64,000 nucleotides of DNA from the human T2T-CHM13v2.0 reference genome, Homo sapiens, in NCBI RefSeq assembly GCF_009914755.1, contig NC_060927.1. One strand, written 5' to 3'. This document shows positions 47,834 through 61,380 of the stretch, one piece after another (within the stretch, counting starts at the first letter, position 1; each line of letters starts with the position of its first letter). The notes below the pieces were generated by a model that had not been told where the DNA came from, did no database searches, and worked only from the letters and a program-made list of their open reading frames with translations. Both the position numbers and the translations under genes were made by a program.

Positions 47834-49109
47834 GCCTTGACTTCTGGATAAAATCAGGGAAATAATTGATATTCCTTGGTCACCAAAATAATAACCTTTA
47901 GTTTTTATCCCATATTGAAAAAAAAAAAGACGTGTTTACTTAGCAACCCAGGTGAAATGTGCCTTACTTATAGAATTAAGTGATTCAAAACATAAATAAC
48001 TGTGCATAGATTAATTTTTCTAATAAAAATTTTTGCAATTAAAGAGTTATGCAATTGATTCCAAGTATGTGTTTTCATCTTTTTGCAAAGTTAAATGACT
48101 TTGCTAACTGAAATTCAACCTTTTATAAGAGAGACCTGGCTGCTCGTGAGAGCTCTGACCATTAGAAATACAGGTGATAGGAGTGGATATTAAAAGTGAA
48201 GCTCAATAGATGCTTATTCACAATTATTCTTAACATTATTTAGTTTTATTCAGGGATTGTGTTCTAAGGATATGTCAAAGTGGACCTATTCATTAATATG
48301 CATGTGCAAAAATTACCTGTAAATAGACATTCATAGTTTTCTTAAATTATAGGTTAGCAAGGTTATAATAACAATCTTTGAAACATTATTACCTTATCAT
48401 TTAATTTTTATTTAACTAAACTTTTGTATTTCAATATAGAATATTGCATTTGGATTCACATTATTACTTTTAAAAACTGGCAGTTAACAAACATTTATGT
48501 CAAAATTAGAATTCACTAAAATTAGTGCCGTGTGCATAGTACTCTCTTCACCCTCCAAAATGCAGCACAGTTTAGTTAATCCTCAAAAATGTTGGTTCAG
48601 GATTCTGGAAGCTACTTTAATCTTTGATGAAATTTATATATTAAATGAGAAGCGGTATCAAGATAAACCTAAAACATATTTCGGGTAAGTTACATGGTGA
48701 TAAATCTATAGAGTAACATAAAAATATAACCTAGTATGGGTTAAGCAACTATTTTACAGAATGAAAGATAAAAATGGAAAAAAAAAGTCATGCAAGAAAT
48801 CTTAAAACAGTTTTTAATCATAAGGATATTATATTTAAGTATGGGTGGATTACTGCAAAAAGTGATTTTTGTATTCTGAAATGTTCACTGACGTTAATAT
48901 TTTTAAAATAACATACATATTAAGATCATTTTTTCTAGTATACATGAGATTATTTTTCAGTTGAGATAATTAGAGAATAGGAGGCAACAAATGTATTTAC
49001 TTCATTGCATTTTGAATCTGAACCAACGCCCTTATGGACTCTCGTATGTCCTGACGTCATGTGCAAACGTTTTTTCATGTATCATTTTTTGAGTGAAGGT
49101 GTTTTGCTT

Positions 49110-49325
49110 TTAGAAGATCAACTCTGATCCATCAGTGGTTAAAAACTTGGTCTAAAAGGATTTATATAAATGACCAAGCCGAAAGTCTTCAGTTTTTAGA
49201 TGAGGAAGCATAGATGCATAGAGGTTAAATTACATGCAAAATGGCTCTCAGCTACTTTATCACAGAGCCTACATGAAAAATCAAAATATGTGGATTTCTC
49301 AGTCAGTATTTTTCTACTATATCAC
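49110..49325 (-). mobile_element. MIR relic
   Basis: cagtttttagatgaggaagcatagatgcatagaggttaaat. Confidence 0.6.
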
Positions 49326-51045
49326 AGTTCTCCTTGTGTTTATTCATAGCTGATTTACGTTTTTCTTTTAATGGATGACAGTAATATTCTCTTACATTTT
49401 CACAGAACTTAAAGTATTGGACCAAATCATGTGATTTACTTTCAGGTAGAGTATTTTAAGGAAAGAGTAGGAAAGGGCTCACAATATTGAAGTAGGCGGA
49501 GCTAAATGATATAGGATAATCCACTTCAAAAGCATTTTTTTCATACTTGAAATTTCACTTTACTTTTGTCAGTTTGGAATGTAAAAAAGTATTATAAAAG
49601 AAAAAATGCATACATTTTTTCAAATAAAGCATTGATTTTATTCATGAAGTTTTCTTGTAATTACATAGAACTGACAGTTACCGCCTACAGTTTAAAATTG
49701 CAGTACTTTTCATATTTTAAGAACAGCTTTTTTTTTCTTGTATAAGCATTCCATTTAGTATGAGAAACCAGTGGAAGCTATCAGAGGGATGAAAAGGGAT
49801 TTATTCAAATATAATTTTTAAAAGAGTTCCTTTTTATGAAGCAGATGGGGTTACTATATGACTGTTGAGGAGGAGGCGTGTACTGGTGAGTTGGGACCTT
49901 CTCAACCTGGTGGTTATCATTTAAGTAAGAGCTTTGGTGCTGTTATCCACTTTTACACTGTGATCCAAATAGGCTGCTGCATGTAGCTGAGCATAATGGG
50001 AGCAGATAAATGTCCTTCTTTTTTTGTACAGGCAAAAGCAAATAAAGTAAACTTTCCTCTTACAATTGTTTCCAATGTCAGTCAGTGCAATTAGTAGTAA
50101 GGAAAACTACCCTATTATTTTTTAAGATAGGGAAATGTGAGTACCTTTCACCAAAAAAGACACATCTTACCATAATAATTCTAATGATATACCTCAAGTT
50201 CTAACACTTCTACATCTCCACTAATAACTCTTAGTTTTTATTTATTCTTTATCATCCTGGGACCACCCCTGGGGGAGGACATTAGTGACATAAAGCAGAA
50301 AGAAAGTAAACATATGGATTCCAGACTAAATGGTAACAATTTTTCTCCCTATTGAACACTAGTCCTTGGAGAGAAACAAGCAGCTTGGGCTTCTGGGACT
50401 CTTTAGACTTAATTTTGTTTCGAAAATCCATTCTGAATGCCATTTTTAAAAAGATAAACTGCCAGAAAACAAAACAAGTTGACAAGTTAGAAATTATTGT
50501 ACACTGCATTTGTAGAGAACAGAACATACCTTTAACCTGAAAAGCTCGTTATTGGAAAAAAGGTGCTGTACCACTCTTCAGTTTATTGTATACAGCGCTT
50601 GTTGGAAGTGATTTCCTTTTGACAAGGTTATACAGGATCTGTTGTGCTCTAATAAGCTCCAATAACAAAATGTGGTGGCATTTTCTAAAAAATCCTTCAT
50701 TAGAATATAAACAAAAGGACACTTTTCTGTTGTTTTTAATTGGATGATATTATTTAGAGCTCTAACACTTTTAAAAACACTGAAAACCTGCGTTTAGAAT
50801 ATAGAACTATTCTGTATGCTGCATTTTAATTTTTTTAATACTCCTTTAGACTGGAAGACTCTTAACAGGAATTATGAAAAATCATCTCACACATGATAAA
50901 AGGGAGAGCAACTTTTTTCAGGGATTAACCATGTATAAGCTTCTGTTACTGATTCATATTTTTAAGAATGATACTATTGCCTATCTACTGGTATCATTAT
51001 CATCAGGAGTGATGTTATTGATAAAGCACCTGTCATTTCTAGAAC

Positions 51046-51210
51046 TGTGGTCCATCCCTGTAGTCCCAGCTACTCAGGATGCTGAGGCAGAAAGATCGTT
51101 TGAGTTTAGGAGTTCAGAAATGTAGTGCACCATGGCCATGCCTGTGGATAGCCACTGCATTCCAGCCTGGGCAACATAGCAAGACCCCATCTTTTAAAAC
51201 AGACAAACAA
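51046..51210 (+). mobile_element. FAM (fossil Alu monomer)
   Basis: Single monomer with the FAM-type segment tgtagtgcaccatggccatgcctgtggatagccactgca; flanking aaagcacct repeats at 51023-51031 and 51211-51219. Confidence 0.8.
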
Positions 51211-52849
51211 AAAGCACCTACCACATTGAAAGCATAGAGCTAGCCACCCTGATGAAGTGCAAAAGTTTACCATGAAGTTCATTCTCTCTATTATCTTATT
51301 CTCATTTGTTCAGGAAACAAAAATGCAAGCAATATATGTTAAGTATCAAATGAATGTTACAGCTTCTCAATTTCCAATCCCAGATTTTCTGAAGAGCTTT
51401 GAGTTATAATCAGTGTACTGCATACTTTATTATTAAAAAGAGCTAAAATAATAGAGTTTACAAACTGATTATGTAAACTAGAGCAAATTTGAAAATGTTA
51501 TTATAACATCGCACATTTTTAATTTGTGTTTTCTACTGAGGGACAGAAATGGATATAGAGCTAGTGGGACACACATAACTGTGGGTCCTCCCATAGCAGT
51601 ATGTCATGAATGGAAGCATTATTGGTCATGGGGATTTGGGTGGGACAAAGTGAAGGAAGCAGTAGATAAACTCAAAAAGTACAATGGGTGGTGAAAGGAA
51701 ATTAGGTGGGCTTAGCTGGTCAAGGAAGTCTTCACAAACCAGGTAGGAATCAGGCTGAGATGTGAGAGTAGCATTTTGTTAGGTATCAGGAAAGGATGGC
51801 TATTCTGAAATGAAAAGCTAATGAGGGATTGGCTCAGAGTATATTTGTCTAAGACAAAGTGATATTTTAAAAGACAAAAACATGTTAATTTATAAGGCTG
51901 AGCCTACAGTTTATTGGGAGAGGGAAACACATAAATATAAACATGTACACGGGTGTCTGCAAAATGCTTAAAAGCTCAGAGAAGGAAGATATTAACTCTT
52001 TGCAGAACTGGGCCATGCTTTCCATATGAGATCCTATTTGAACCAGGATTTAAAGGATGGACATGAATGAGATAACAAATGTGAAACAGGGTGTGCCTCT
52101 GAGAACCTACAGCACAAAGAACAGGAAGAGCTATGTCTAGCTCTGTCAAGGGGGTAAAGCACTTGTGTCAGAGGCAGATGTCTTCTTGTATGCTAGGCTT
52201 AAGCTTCTTTCTCTACATTAACTTGGCACTTGAAAAATTAATAAAACAAGCCAGACATGTATCCTATGAGGAACTCTAGCCCCTGTTGTAATAGGAAACC
52301 ACAAAGTTATGGCTACCTCAACACAATAGTGGGTGGTGCAGTTTTGGAGTTCCTATCAGAGTCACGCAGGTTAAGCAGGAGAGATGATGGACTGATGAAT
52401 TTATCATATTCAAGTTTAGCCATGGTCCTGTAAACAGATTTTAGTTTCCTGATTTGGCAAATGCGTTGTTTTAGCTGAAATTATACTTCTGCATGTGACT
52501 AAGTTCTTATAGAAGTACTCAGATTATTTACATTGCATTTATTGGCAACCCAGCGTTCACTCACATGAATAACTTTTGCAGCCTAGTTAGACTGTCTGCA
52601 CAATTATGAAATTGTTCTATTGACTTGATTTAGGGGTTCTGTCTGTTATTGAAATACCCCAAAATTTTCCTTTTACATGAAAACAGTACTTTATATATGT
52701 TATAAGTGAAATGAAAAGTATAATTTATTACAATTCAAACTTTATGTGTAGGCAAAATTATAAGAAGATATTTTCATATCTTGGAATCTTTACTTTTCTC
52801 AGCTTCCTGTCAATAAAAAGGCTCACACTGCCTTTTAAATAAAACTTCT

Positions 52850-52876
52850 TAGATAGACAGATAGATAGATAGATAG
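52850..52876 (+). repeat. (AGAT)n tetranucleotide repeat
   Basis: Directly visible. Confidence 0.9.
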
Positions 52877-55800
52877 AGGTCCAGGATTTACATAAAATGT
52901 GTACATATATAAAATATATGTATAAAGATATATTTAAAGTTTAGATCATGAACACTGGATCTGTATGAATTCATTTCATATCCTATCTAAAACCATCAAT
53001 TTATTTTAGTGAGTATTATTTATTTTAATATACCATGATATATGGTATTTAGTATGTGGTGAGAATAAATTGGCTAAATAAATTTAAAACACATAATTAT
53101 GATTTCATAATTTCAGAGAAATTGTCATTACACATTCCTATATATTGTGATTAAAACTTTTAACAGCCTGAAAACTATTGTTAGATTAGATAGCAAACAA
53201 ATTTCTTATTAATGAGAGTATTTTAAATTCTGATTTTGGTGAACTTCATTGAAATTTATCTTGTTTGGATTTAAATTGAGTCTAAATAATTTATGTATAA
53301 TTACTAATTTCTCCGATCAGCTCTAGACAAAATTTACTTTCACTTAGTTCATTTTTCAAATACCTTTTTTATTAGAACATATTTTATCAATTGCTGACTC
53401 TTCACTCTTTATAACTTAACATCTAAAAATACAAACTACAAATATATAATACGACACAATTAATTTCTTTTGTAAATTTGAAGTGCTGAACCTATCATTT
53501 ATAACTACATTTTTATTTCAGGCAATTGCATTTATAGTTGGTTAAATTAATACACTCTCCAAGGAACACACAAAAAAATGAGCTCATCTTTTGCAATGTT
53601 GAATTCAGAGGTGAAATATACAAATTGAGCTGTGTATTGGATGGTTATCATTTCTAAATTCCAATATTCATAAATTATGCATCACATGCCATAAATTTGA
53701 CCATGTTTTATTTATAGTTGTCTTGGTGTCTGTGTTCAAATATCATCTGATTAATCATAGGATGTTACCATATAAGGCATATATTAAGACACTCTGACAC
53801 TGCCATGTCATATTAAGCAAATTACTTAAAATATTAGTATAACTGCAGATTATCTTGTCCTATGGAAAAAATTAATAAGTTAATGTTGAACCAGTATTTA
53901 ACATTTTTATGATGTACGTGTGCATGTATATAATTTCTCTGCGTATGAATTAGTATTTTTCAATATTGGGGAATATTTTAAGCGGTATCATTTTACAAGG
54001 GATAAAATGGGCTGCAGTTTCCACCCTGTACCATATTTGATGGAGTCTTCTTTTCATTAACAGTGTAAGAGGTTTAAAAATGTACAGGATTCCAGGCAGA
54101 GCTCTTCTCTTGAAGACCTGATTGTCTAGTGGGACACTGAGAGCAAGAAAAGCAGAGCGGGTGGAAAGTTTAGGTAGAAGACAGACGTTTCATACAACTG
54201 TTCTGGTCTTTCAGAGAATTTCAACTAATTCAATTGATCTTACATCGTTCAATTTTAGTTGCTTCCCATTAATATTCTGGTGCTGAATATTTAGGTTATT
54301 TTAACTTTTACTATTTCACAATATAGCTGAAATAATGGGGTGGTCTTTAACAAATAATGAAAGAACAGAATAAAACCCTCAAAATTATTAGAAAAGCAAA
54401 AATGTTTTAAATGTTTTAAAACACATAGAACAAAATGAAGCTAGTAGTAGTTAAAAACATGTAACAGTAACAGGCATCGGTTTCTTTATGACAAGTCATT
54501 TTTTAAACCCAATTGTCATTTTGGCACTTTCCACCAAATTACTTTCAGTCAATTTGTTTTTAGCCACATATGATGTCAGAGAGGAGGATAAGGGAGAATG
54601 CTGAACAGATAAAAAAGAACCAGGCTATGTGTAAATAATAATTTGTAATGTTATTTATTTGTGTATTTTAAAAGATTCTAAGGATGTTGTTTTGAAGTGG
54701 ATTAACAATTATTAAAACTACTCATCTTTTTAGGTTATTTGAATATTAACCTATGGAAAAATGTATGCTTAATGCGTTTTTACCCTTGTAAGAAATAAAG
54801 ATATGGTTTGCTTTATACAAGAATGCTCCTAGTACTTGAAAATATATAGACTGTCTTTAAAAAATTCAGGATTTATTACTGCCTATATTGGTTGACGTGG
54901 TATAAGCGGGGCAAGGTTGGGGGGACTCCAAATACTACTATAATAATAATTATTATTATTATTGTAAATAAAAACAAAACAAAACTAAACTAAACTAAAA
55001 ACAAAACCAAAATCCTGTGATTTGTATTCCTTCTCTTAATAATTCAGTGATGGGGCTGATTTTGAAAGACTACTTTTCTTATTAGAATAAGATCCAATGC
55101 AATAGTATTTGAACTGATTATGTGATAGGAAATAAACCAACATGTTATAATCTGTGATAAATTTGGAAATAACAGATCATTTACATGGAGTTTTAAATGC
55201 CTGGTATTATTGTTTGTTCATAAATTTGATATACTTGGAAGATATTGGTCTTTGCAGTTATTAAATGTATATATTTTGAGATCCTAATCAGCAAATAATT
55301 TTGCTAACAAGGTATTATTTTCTATTTTAGATAAGTATAAAAGTTAAAATTACACATTTTTTAAATTTAGAAAATGTTTTCATTTACCTCCAGTCTGCCT
55401 AAACTGTTTAAGAAATCTTACCTTGAAATAAGGAGTTATTATAACAATTAGTAAACAAGAAGTATCTTTGTCCATATACATAATCTTTCTTCATTTATAA
55501 TGTCGTTAAAGTCAGTTCTACTTTATGATAATGGTAGATCGCACTCCAGGCTTTACCCATTTTCCCTAGTGATTAATGCAGCACCACTGAGTTTTAAGAA
55601 GGTTGTTTTCTTAATCTGACTGGCCAGGAAGCATTTTCCCTGTCGAAAAACAGGTGTAAACATCAATATTCAAGATAAGAGAGCGATCTCATGCTGTTTT
55701 CTGGTGTATCCAGTGTAGAAAATTCAGCGGGTAGAGTCTACAGAGTGAGTAGGGCTATTTATCAGCAGTAAAGTACTAGAAAATGTTTGGTGTGACTCAA

Positions 55801-56608
55801 AGACTTTAACTGAGAGAATGACAGGAAACCTTTTAATACAAAATAATCTGTCAAACACTCGGAATATATGAGGGCTATGTGACAAACATGTGAAATCAAA
55901 CCTCAGCACAGTAATTATTGGTAATTTGGAAACTGTTTCTAATTTCCTCACTGTGTAGATTACATGCCTATTCACTTTAGACAAGATTTGACTCTCTGAG
56001 GATCTCACTGAAGTTCTCATAGCTTGACACTGGCTGTATTGTTTCAATGTTCTCTGTGCTGCTCTTCATATTTTCAGCTGATTTTTAGTGAAAGGAAAGA
56101 GGATTTGGGCATTAAACACTATTCTTTCTGGGTTTTATTTTTTCTGTATTTGAAGCTACACTTAACTTTTGGCAACTTAACTAATTATGGATTAGAGGTT
56201 CAATGTTACACTTCAAGTATATGTTCAGTAACCCCTCCTAGGTATGCCGTATTAAAATAAATCATAAACCTTTCAGAATATCGGGTGCCATGCTAGTTGA
56301 CTCAATACTTGTTAAAGACTCCTAGGTACTGCAAAATTATTAGAAGGCGTTACCAGTTAACCAGGGTAAGAATTGCAAGACTCTAAACTGTGCATTAACC
56401 TCATTTGTGAGAACAGGAGAAGCAAAATAACAATAATAATAACAATTGGCTTCTTTTGTTTGTTTGTTTCTAAAGATTGCTCTCATTTCCTATCATTAAG
56501 TCTTCCTAAAAGAAGAAAAAAATCAAAAAGCATTTAACATGCATTTACACATTGATCGTTAACATTTTGTTAATCTTATATGGTGGTATATGTGTTTATT
56601 TCTGTATG

Positions 56609-56943
56609 TGTCATTCTGTTTACTTCTTTGACAAAGCATGTCATTTTTTTTTACCTACATGTTTTTTGCTACTGCATGTCAAACTTTTTAAATGACTCAG
56701 TGAACAAATGAATTCTTGTCATTTTACATTTTACTCTAAATATTGAAAATAACCTGCTTACTCTCAAACATTGCTCCAAGTCTTTGCTTTGTGTTGGAGC
56801 ATGAAAAAGAAGTGAAAAAAATGACAAGAATTGTGTGACACAGTTTTGTACCTGATATTCTGTTAAAGCTTGTTAAAGTTAAACCTCAATAAGTTATATG
56901 TATTTATAATTTGAATCATTTGTGTTTCTCTTTTGTTTGCATG
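56609..56943 (+). promoter_or_regulatory. Candidate intronic splicing-regulatory region (RBFOX GCAUG x4, UCAU motifs, inverted repeats) upstream of the stalk exon
   Basis: GCATG at 56636, 56674, 56799 and 56939; TGTCATT at 56609, 56639 and 56717; no AG between 56894 and 56977. Confidence 0.6.
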
Positions 56944-56979
56944 ATATGATTTTGTTTATATTTTTTTTCCACTCACCAG

Positions 56980-57099
56980 ATGTTCCCAACACTTTGCTTC
57001 CCACTACTATCATCCCCTCCCTTACCACTGCAACAGTCACAACCACTGTAGCCATAACAACCAGCCCAACCACATCTGCAACAACCAGCAGCATCAGAG
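56980..57099 (+). CDS. CADM2: CADM2 Thr/Ser-rich (mucin-like) juxtamembrane stalk exon: (D)VPNTLLPTTIIPSLTTATVTTTVAITTSPTTSATTSSIR; 120 nt, symmetric phase 1-1, cassette-type
   Basis: Lies within ORF 56922-57140. Acceptor ttttttttccactcaccag, donor AG|gtacag. G+AT=Asp joins in frame to the previous exon. Matches the CADM2 long isoform as I recall it. Confidence 0.95.
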
Positions 57100-59162
57100 G
57101 TACAGTATGTTTCTTTGTTATAGCCTGGAAAGCACATTAACTGGAGCTCTGTAGAAGTTTTTAGAAAGGTTAAAAACATTGAGATTCAATTTTACTTAAT
57201 TATGAGAAGTAATTAAGTCACCTAAATTGCTATCAATTAGGGTTATTGGAATAGAATATGAGAAATGATGGTACATTTTATTTTTTTTAGTGTTACTTAA
57301 GACTATTATCAAAATCTTGCAGAATATAGATTTAAAATATATGGGACTTTAAAATGTTGGTCAAATTTAAAATGTTAGCATGGGACACAGTTTTTGCCTG
57401 TCTTGAGAGGTAAACAAATAAATAAGATGTTCATGTGTGCAGAGGTAGCTTTTACTTTTTTAAAATTCTAGTTTAATATTAATAACTTGCCACTCCTCTG
57501 CAACTATGTTAAAATATCTATAGTTTTGAAATTGTTCTAAAATTGACATAGTCCATGGGGTCAGTATAAATTATTCTCCACATAGAACTTGCAAGTAAAT
57601 ATTCAAAATACATGTATCCCAAAGTGATTTGCTGAGTGAAGCTACTTATTCTACTAATAGAATGTTCTAAAAGTAAATATCTGTTGTCTCAGATGGCTCC
57701 ATGAGTAATTTCTGATATCATTATACAAATAAGAATTTTATTTCAAAGAAATCAACCTTAAAAAGGTGGGAATATCCATAAAGGCAGAAGAAATAACTAT
57801 GTTGTGGTTGAGAAATATAAAAAGTATTCCTGAGCAGTCATTAAGTGGTTAGCAGCTGATGAGGAAATTAAAAAAAAATGAAGCCATTATAGAAAAACAT
57901 GGTTTAATTTCTACATAAGCAGTGCTCAGAGAGAATTTGTCGTATTTAAGTCTGTCTTTTTCTTATTTCTTATATATGTTTCATGTCACCTTGGCTCTAC
58001 TAATATCTGTGAAATTTAACAATTTAACTTGAAATTAATGAGGACTTTATATTATTATATTTAATTCAGTTGTATGAAGGTTATGTTTAGCATTATTATT
58101 CATAATTATTAAAGGTTGTTCAGTTAGATGGTTTTCTTGGAATTTTAATTAATTCTAGATATTAAGTTGATTTGCCGTCTTTGATTTAACAGTTATAATA
58201 GTCTTTGTTTCAGAAAAAATTCTAATGTCTGATAATTTTCCATTTTTTAATAATGACATCAACTATATTATACAATGTACAAGATTGATGACTAAATAAG
58301 TTTAATGGTAGTAGCAATAAGAATTTCTCAGAAATAGCTAGGTATGTTTTTGTATGACTGAACTTTATTTAAGCTAAATCTGTAAGTGAGAAGAGTGTGA
58401 AGGTCTTTCTTGTAAAAAATTATATAAAAATGGGAAAAGAGACATAATGAAAATGAAGAAAAAGTTAGAAGTGCTTTATAATATTATGTAAAATGAAAGT
58501 TATCTAAAGTTCTACTTTGCTTTAATTTGTGATGCTCTGTAAGGTTTTTCACAAACGGCAGTCTAAATAAAATGTAATCATTGCATACTAACACAATATC
58601 TGCTATACTATTAAGTTCTGACTGTATAAACAAATCACTTCAATGGGAAAGGAGGGAGATATATTGACTTTTTTTAAAAGATCCATTTGTAACACAAAAA
58701 TCTAATATTCAATTATGCCTTCTTCTTCAACAAATATGTATTGAATATATGCTATATGTATGGTGTTATGCCAGGACCTAAAATTATGACAACTACTGGC
58801 ATCTAAAATCACTAGCAATCAAATGTATACATTTCTCCCCACCCCCAACAAACAGTTTTTGTGCTTAATCTTTATTGAAAAGTACTATTGTTCTTTGTGG
58901 GAAAATATTACATGTGGTCTTCCGGTCTTTTGAAAAAAAAATCCATAGTATTTTGCTTCAGAGGACTATATATATGTATATATATATAATTCTGTTTCAA
59001 AGGACTAAATATCTATCTATCTATGTAATTTCAAACCTACACACACACATTTACACACACGCCATTATAGACTATTATATGAGAAAAATATTTCAAAGTG
59101 AAACTAACAACATTCTTTTACATTGGTTCACATGAATCTTAAGTGGGATTTGGTCTATTGCA

Positions 59163-60002
59163 TTTTTTTTCCTTCCAACTTTTATTTTAGGTTCAGGAGT
59201 ACATGTAGAAATTTGTTACATTGGTAAACTAAATGTTGCTGGGATTTGGTGTACAAATTATTTTGTCTCCCAGGTAGTAAGCATAGTATGTGATAGGTAG
59301 TTTTTTGATCCTCACCCTCCTGGACCCTCCCATCCTCAACTAGGTCCCAGTATCTATTGTTCCCATCCTTGTGTCCATGTGTCCTCAATATTTAGCTCTG
59401 ACTTATAAGTGAGAATGTGCAATATTTGGTTTTCTGTTCCACATTAATTTGCTTAGAATAATGGCCTGCAGCTGCATCTTTGCTGCTGCAAAGGATATGA
59501 TCTCATTCTTTTTAATGGCTGCGTAGTATTTCTAATGCATATGTACCACATTTTCTTCATCCAGTCCACCACTGATGGGCATCTAGGTTGATTCCATGTC
59601 TTTGATATTGTGAATAGTGCTGCAATGAACATATGTGTGCGTGTGTCTTTATGGTAGAACAATTTATATTCTTTTGGGTATATACTCAGTGATGGGATTG
59701 CTGGATGAAACAGTAGTTCTGTTTTAATTTCTCTGATAAATCCCTAGGCTTCTTTTCACAGTGACTGAACTAATTTATATTCCCACCAGCAGTATGCAAG
59801 CATTCCATTTCTCTGCAAACTTGCCTGCATCTGTTATTTTTGACTTTTTAATAGCAGTCATTCTCACTGGTGTAAGAAGGTATTTCATTGCGGTTTTGAT
59901 TTGTGTTTCTCTAATGATTAGTGATGTTGAGCATTTTTTCATATGCTTGTTAGCCACACACATGTCTGCTTTTGAGAATTATCTGTTAATGTCCTTTGTC
60001 AC
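59163..60002 (-). mobile_element. L1PA15/16-like 3' fragment
   Basis: ccaacttttattttaggttcagg 3' UTR end, plus degenerate ORF2 C-terminal ORFs at 59453-59662 and 59775-59963. Confidence 0.9.
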
Positions 60003-61169
60003 TGAACTAAAATCAGTGGTTTACTCTTTCTGGTAAATTCACTTTTTTTCAGGTTTCTTAACATGTTTTTGTAAACTTTACACCATGGATGCTTAAAGTG
60101 CTCAGATAATTTATTTTTCCCTTAAACACTCAACCAACCTCCAAGAAGACACACATGCGTACACACACAAAAAGATATGAACAAAAACCAATCCCTCTTT
60201 TTTAACTTAAAGTTTGAAAGATAACATTTTTAAAGAAATCACACAAAAATATTTTTTTAAAAAGTTTTTTTGTAAGCTGGGAAGTTCATATTATCTATTT
60301 TAAAAGAAAAAAATAGTAGCATTGAATTTTAATGTTAGCCTAACGCCCATTTTTCCTTCTATCCTCATCAAACATCTGAGGACTGCCTAAGTCACCAGAC
60401 TCACCTGCATCATTAATATTCTAGTTCATAACTGAAAGTGTGGAGGATTCATTTAGTATGTAAACAATGTTATCAATTTTACACTGTATTCTTTCAAATT
60501 ATGTGACGTTGTTTCTTTGTGAATTGCCTTTTAAATTAAAACTTTTAGATGCAATTATATTTGAAAATCATTTATTTATAAGTTTGTGAAAGATGGTTCA
60601 AAATCATGATTAAAAAGGATTCATAATAAGAATATATTGCCTAAGAAAAGCTGAGACCTAAACAGAAAGAATATTTTCAACTTGCAGCATTTCTTTTTGG
60701 TTTACTTATTTCATTCCTTTATCTTATTCAATAATTTGAAATCAACTAAATGTATTTGATTTTATTAGGTTTAAATTGTATTTCTTCAAATTTCATAAAC
60801 TATAGCATTTATCTCCATATTTTTAATAAATGATCACAAATAAATCACTGTTAATATCTCCATTTACACTTTTACAACTCCTGCTATTGCTGGATTTTTC
60901 ATCCTATGATATGTTAAACCAATTTAAAATACATTTAAAGAATCACAGCTGTATCTATATTAAAAATCAAGATGAAATGGAATGAAAGAAACTACACTGG
61001 ATTGTCAGTGTCATAAACTTGAGAATTTGCGCAACTCTTCAGCTTGTGTTTAAAATGCATCCCTATTTGGAGGAAGAAGAACTTCAACCACATGGAATAA
61101 AAACAGGCAATTAGTATCTTATTACAAATAAGGATGTTAAAACACAGAGAAATGAACCAACTTGGGCAG

Positions 61170-61380
61170 CTATGGGAAAGAGCTGGATTGAGCCCTGGAT
61201 ACATCTTTGGATATGAGTTTCAGTTATTTTGTTTACAAGATGTTTGACCTTCGACGGTGCACCAAATTGAGCATCAGTGTTTTCATCAGAAAAACATGAA
61301 GCACAGGTTTGACTTGAGAGTTATATAATATCTAAAGTTATGAAAACATAAGCAATACTCAATAAATGACAGAATTATTT
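61170..61380 (+). mobile_element. MIR relic
   Basis: gagcatcagtgttttcatcagaaaaac...tactcaataaatgacag. Confidence 0.5.

Noticed and set aside
56894-57179. Antisense ORFs over the stalk exon (Val-rich and Cys/Gly-rich), and likewise 39283-39495
   Set aside because: Shadows of the sense codon bias (ACN-rich), with no independent gene signals.
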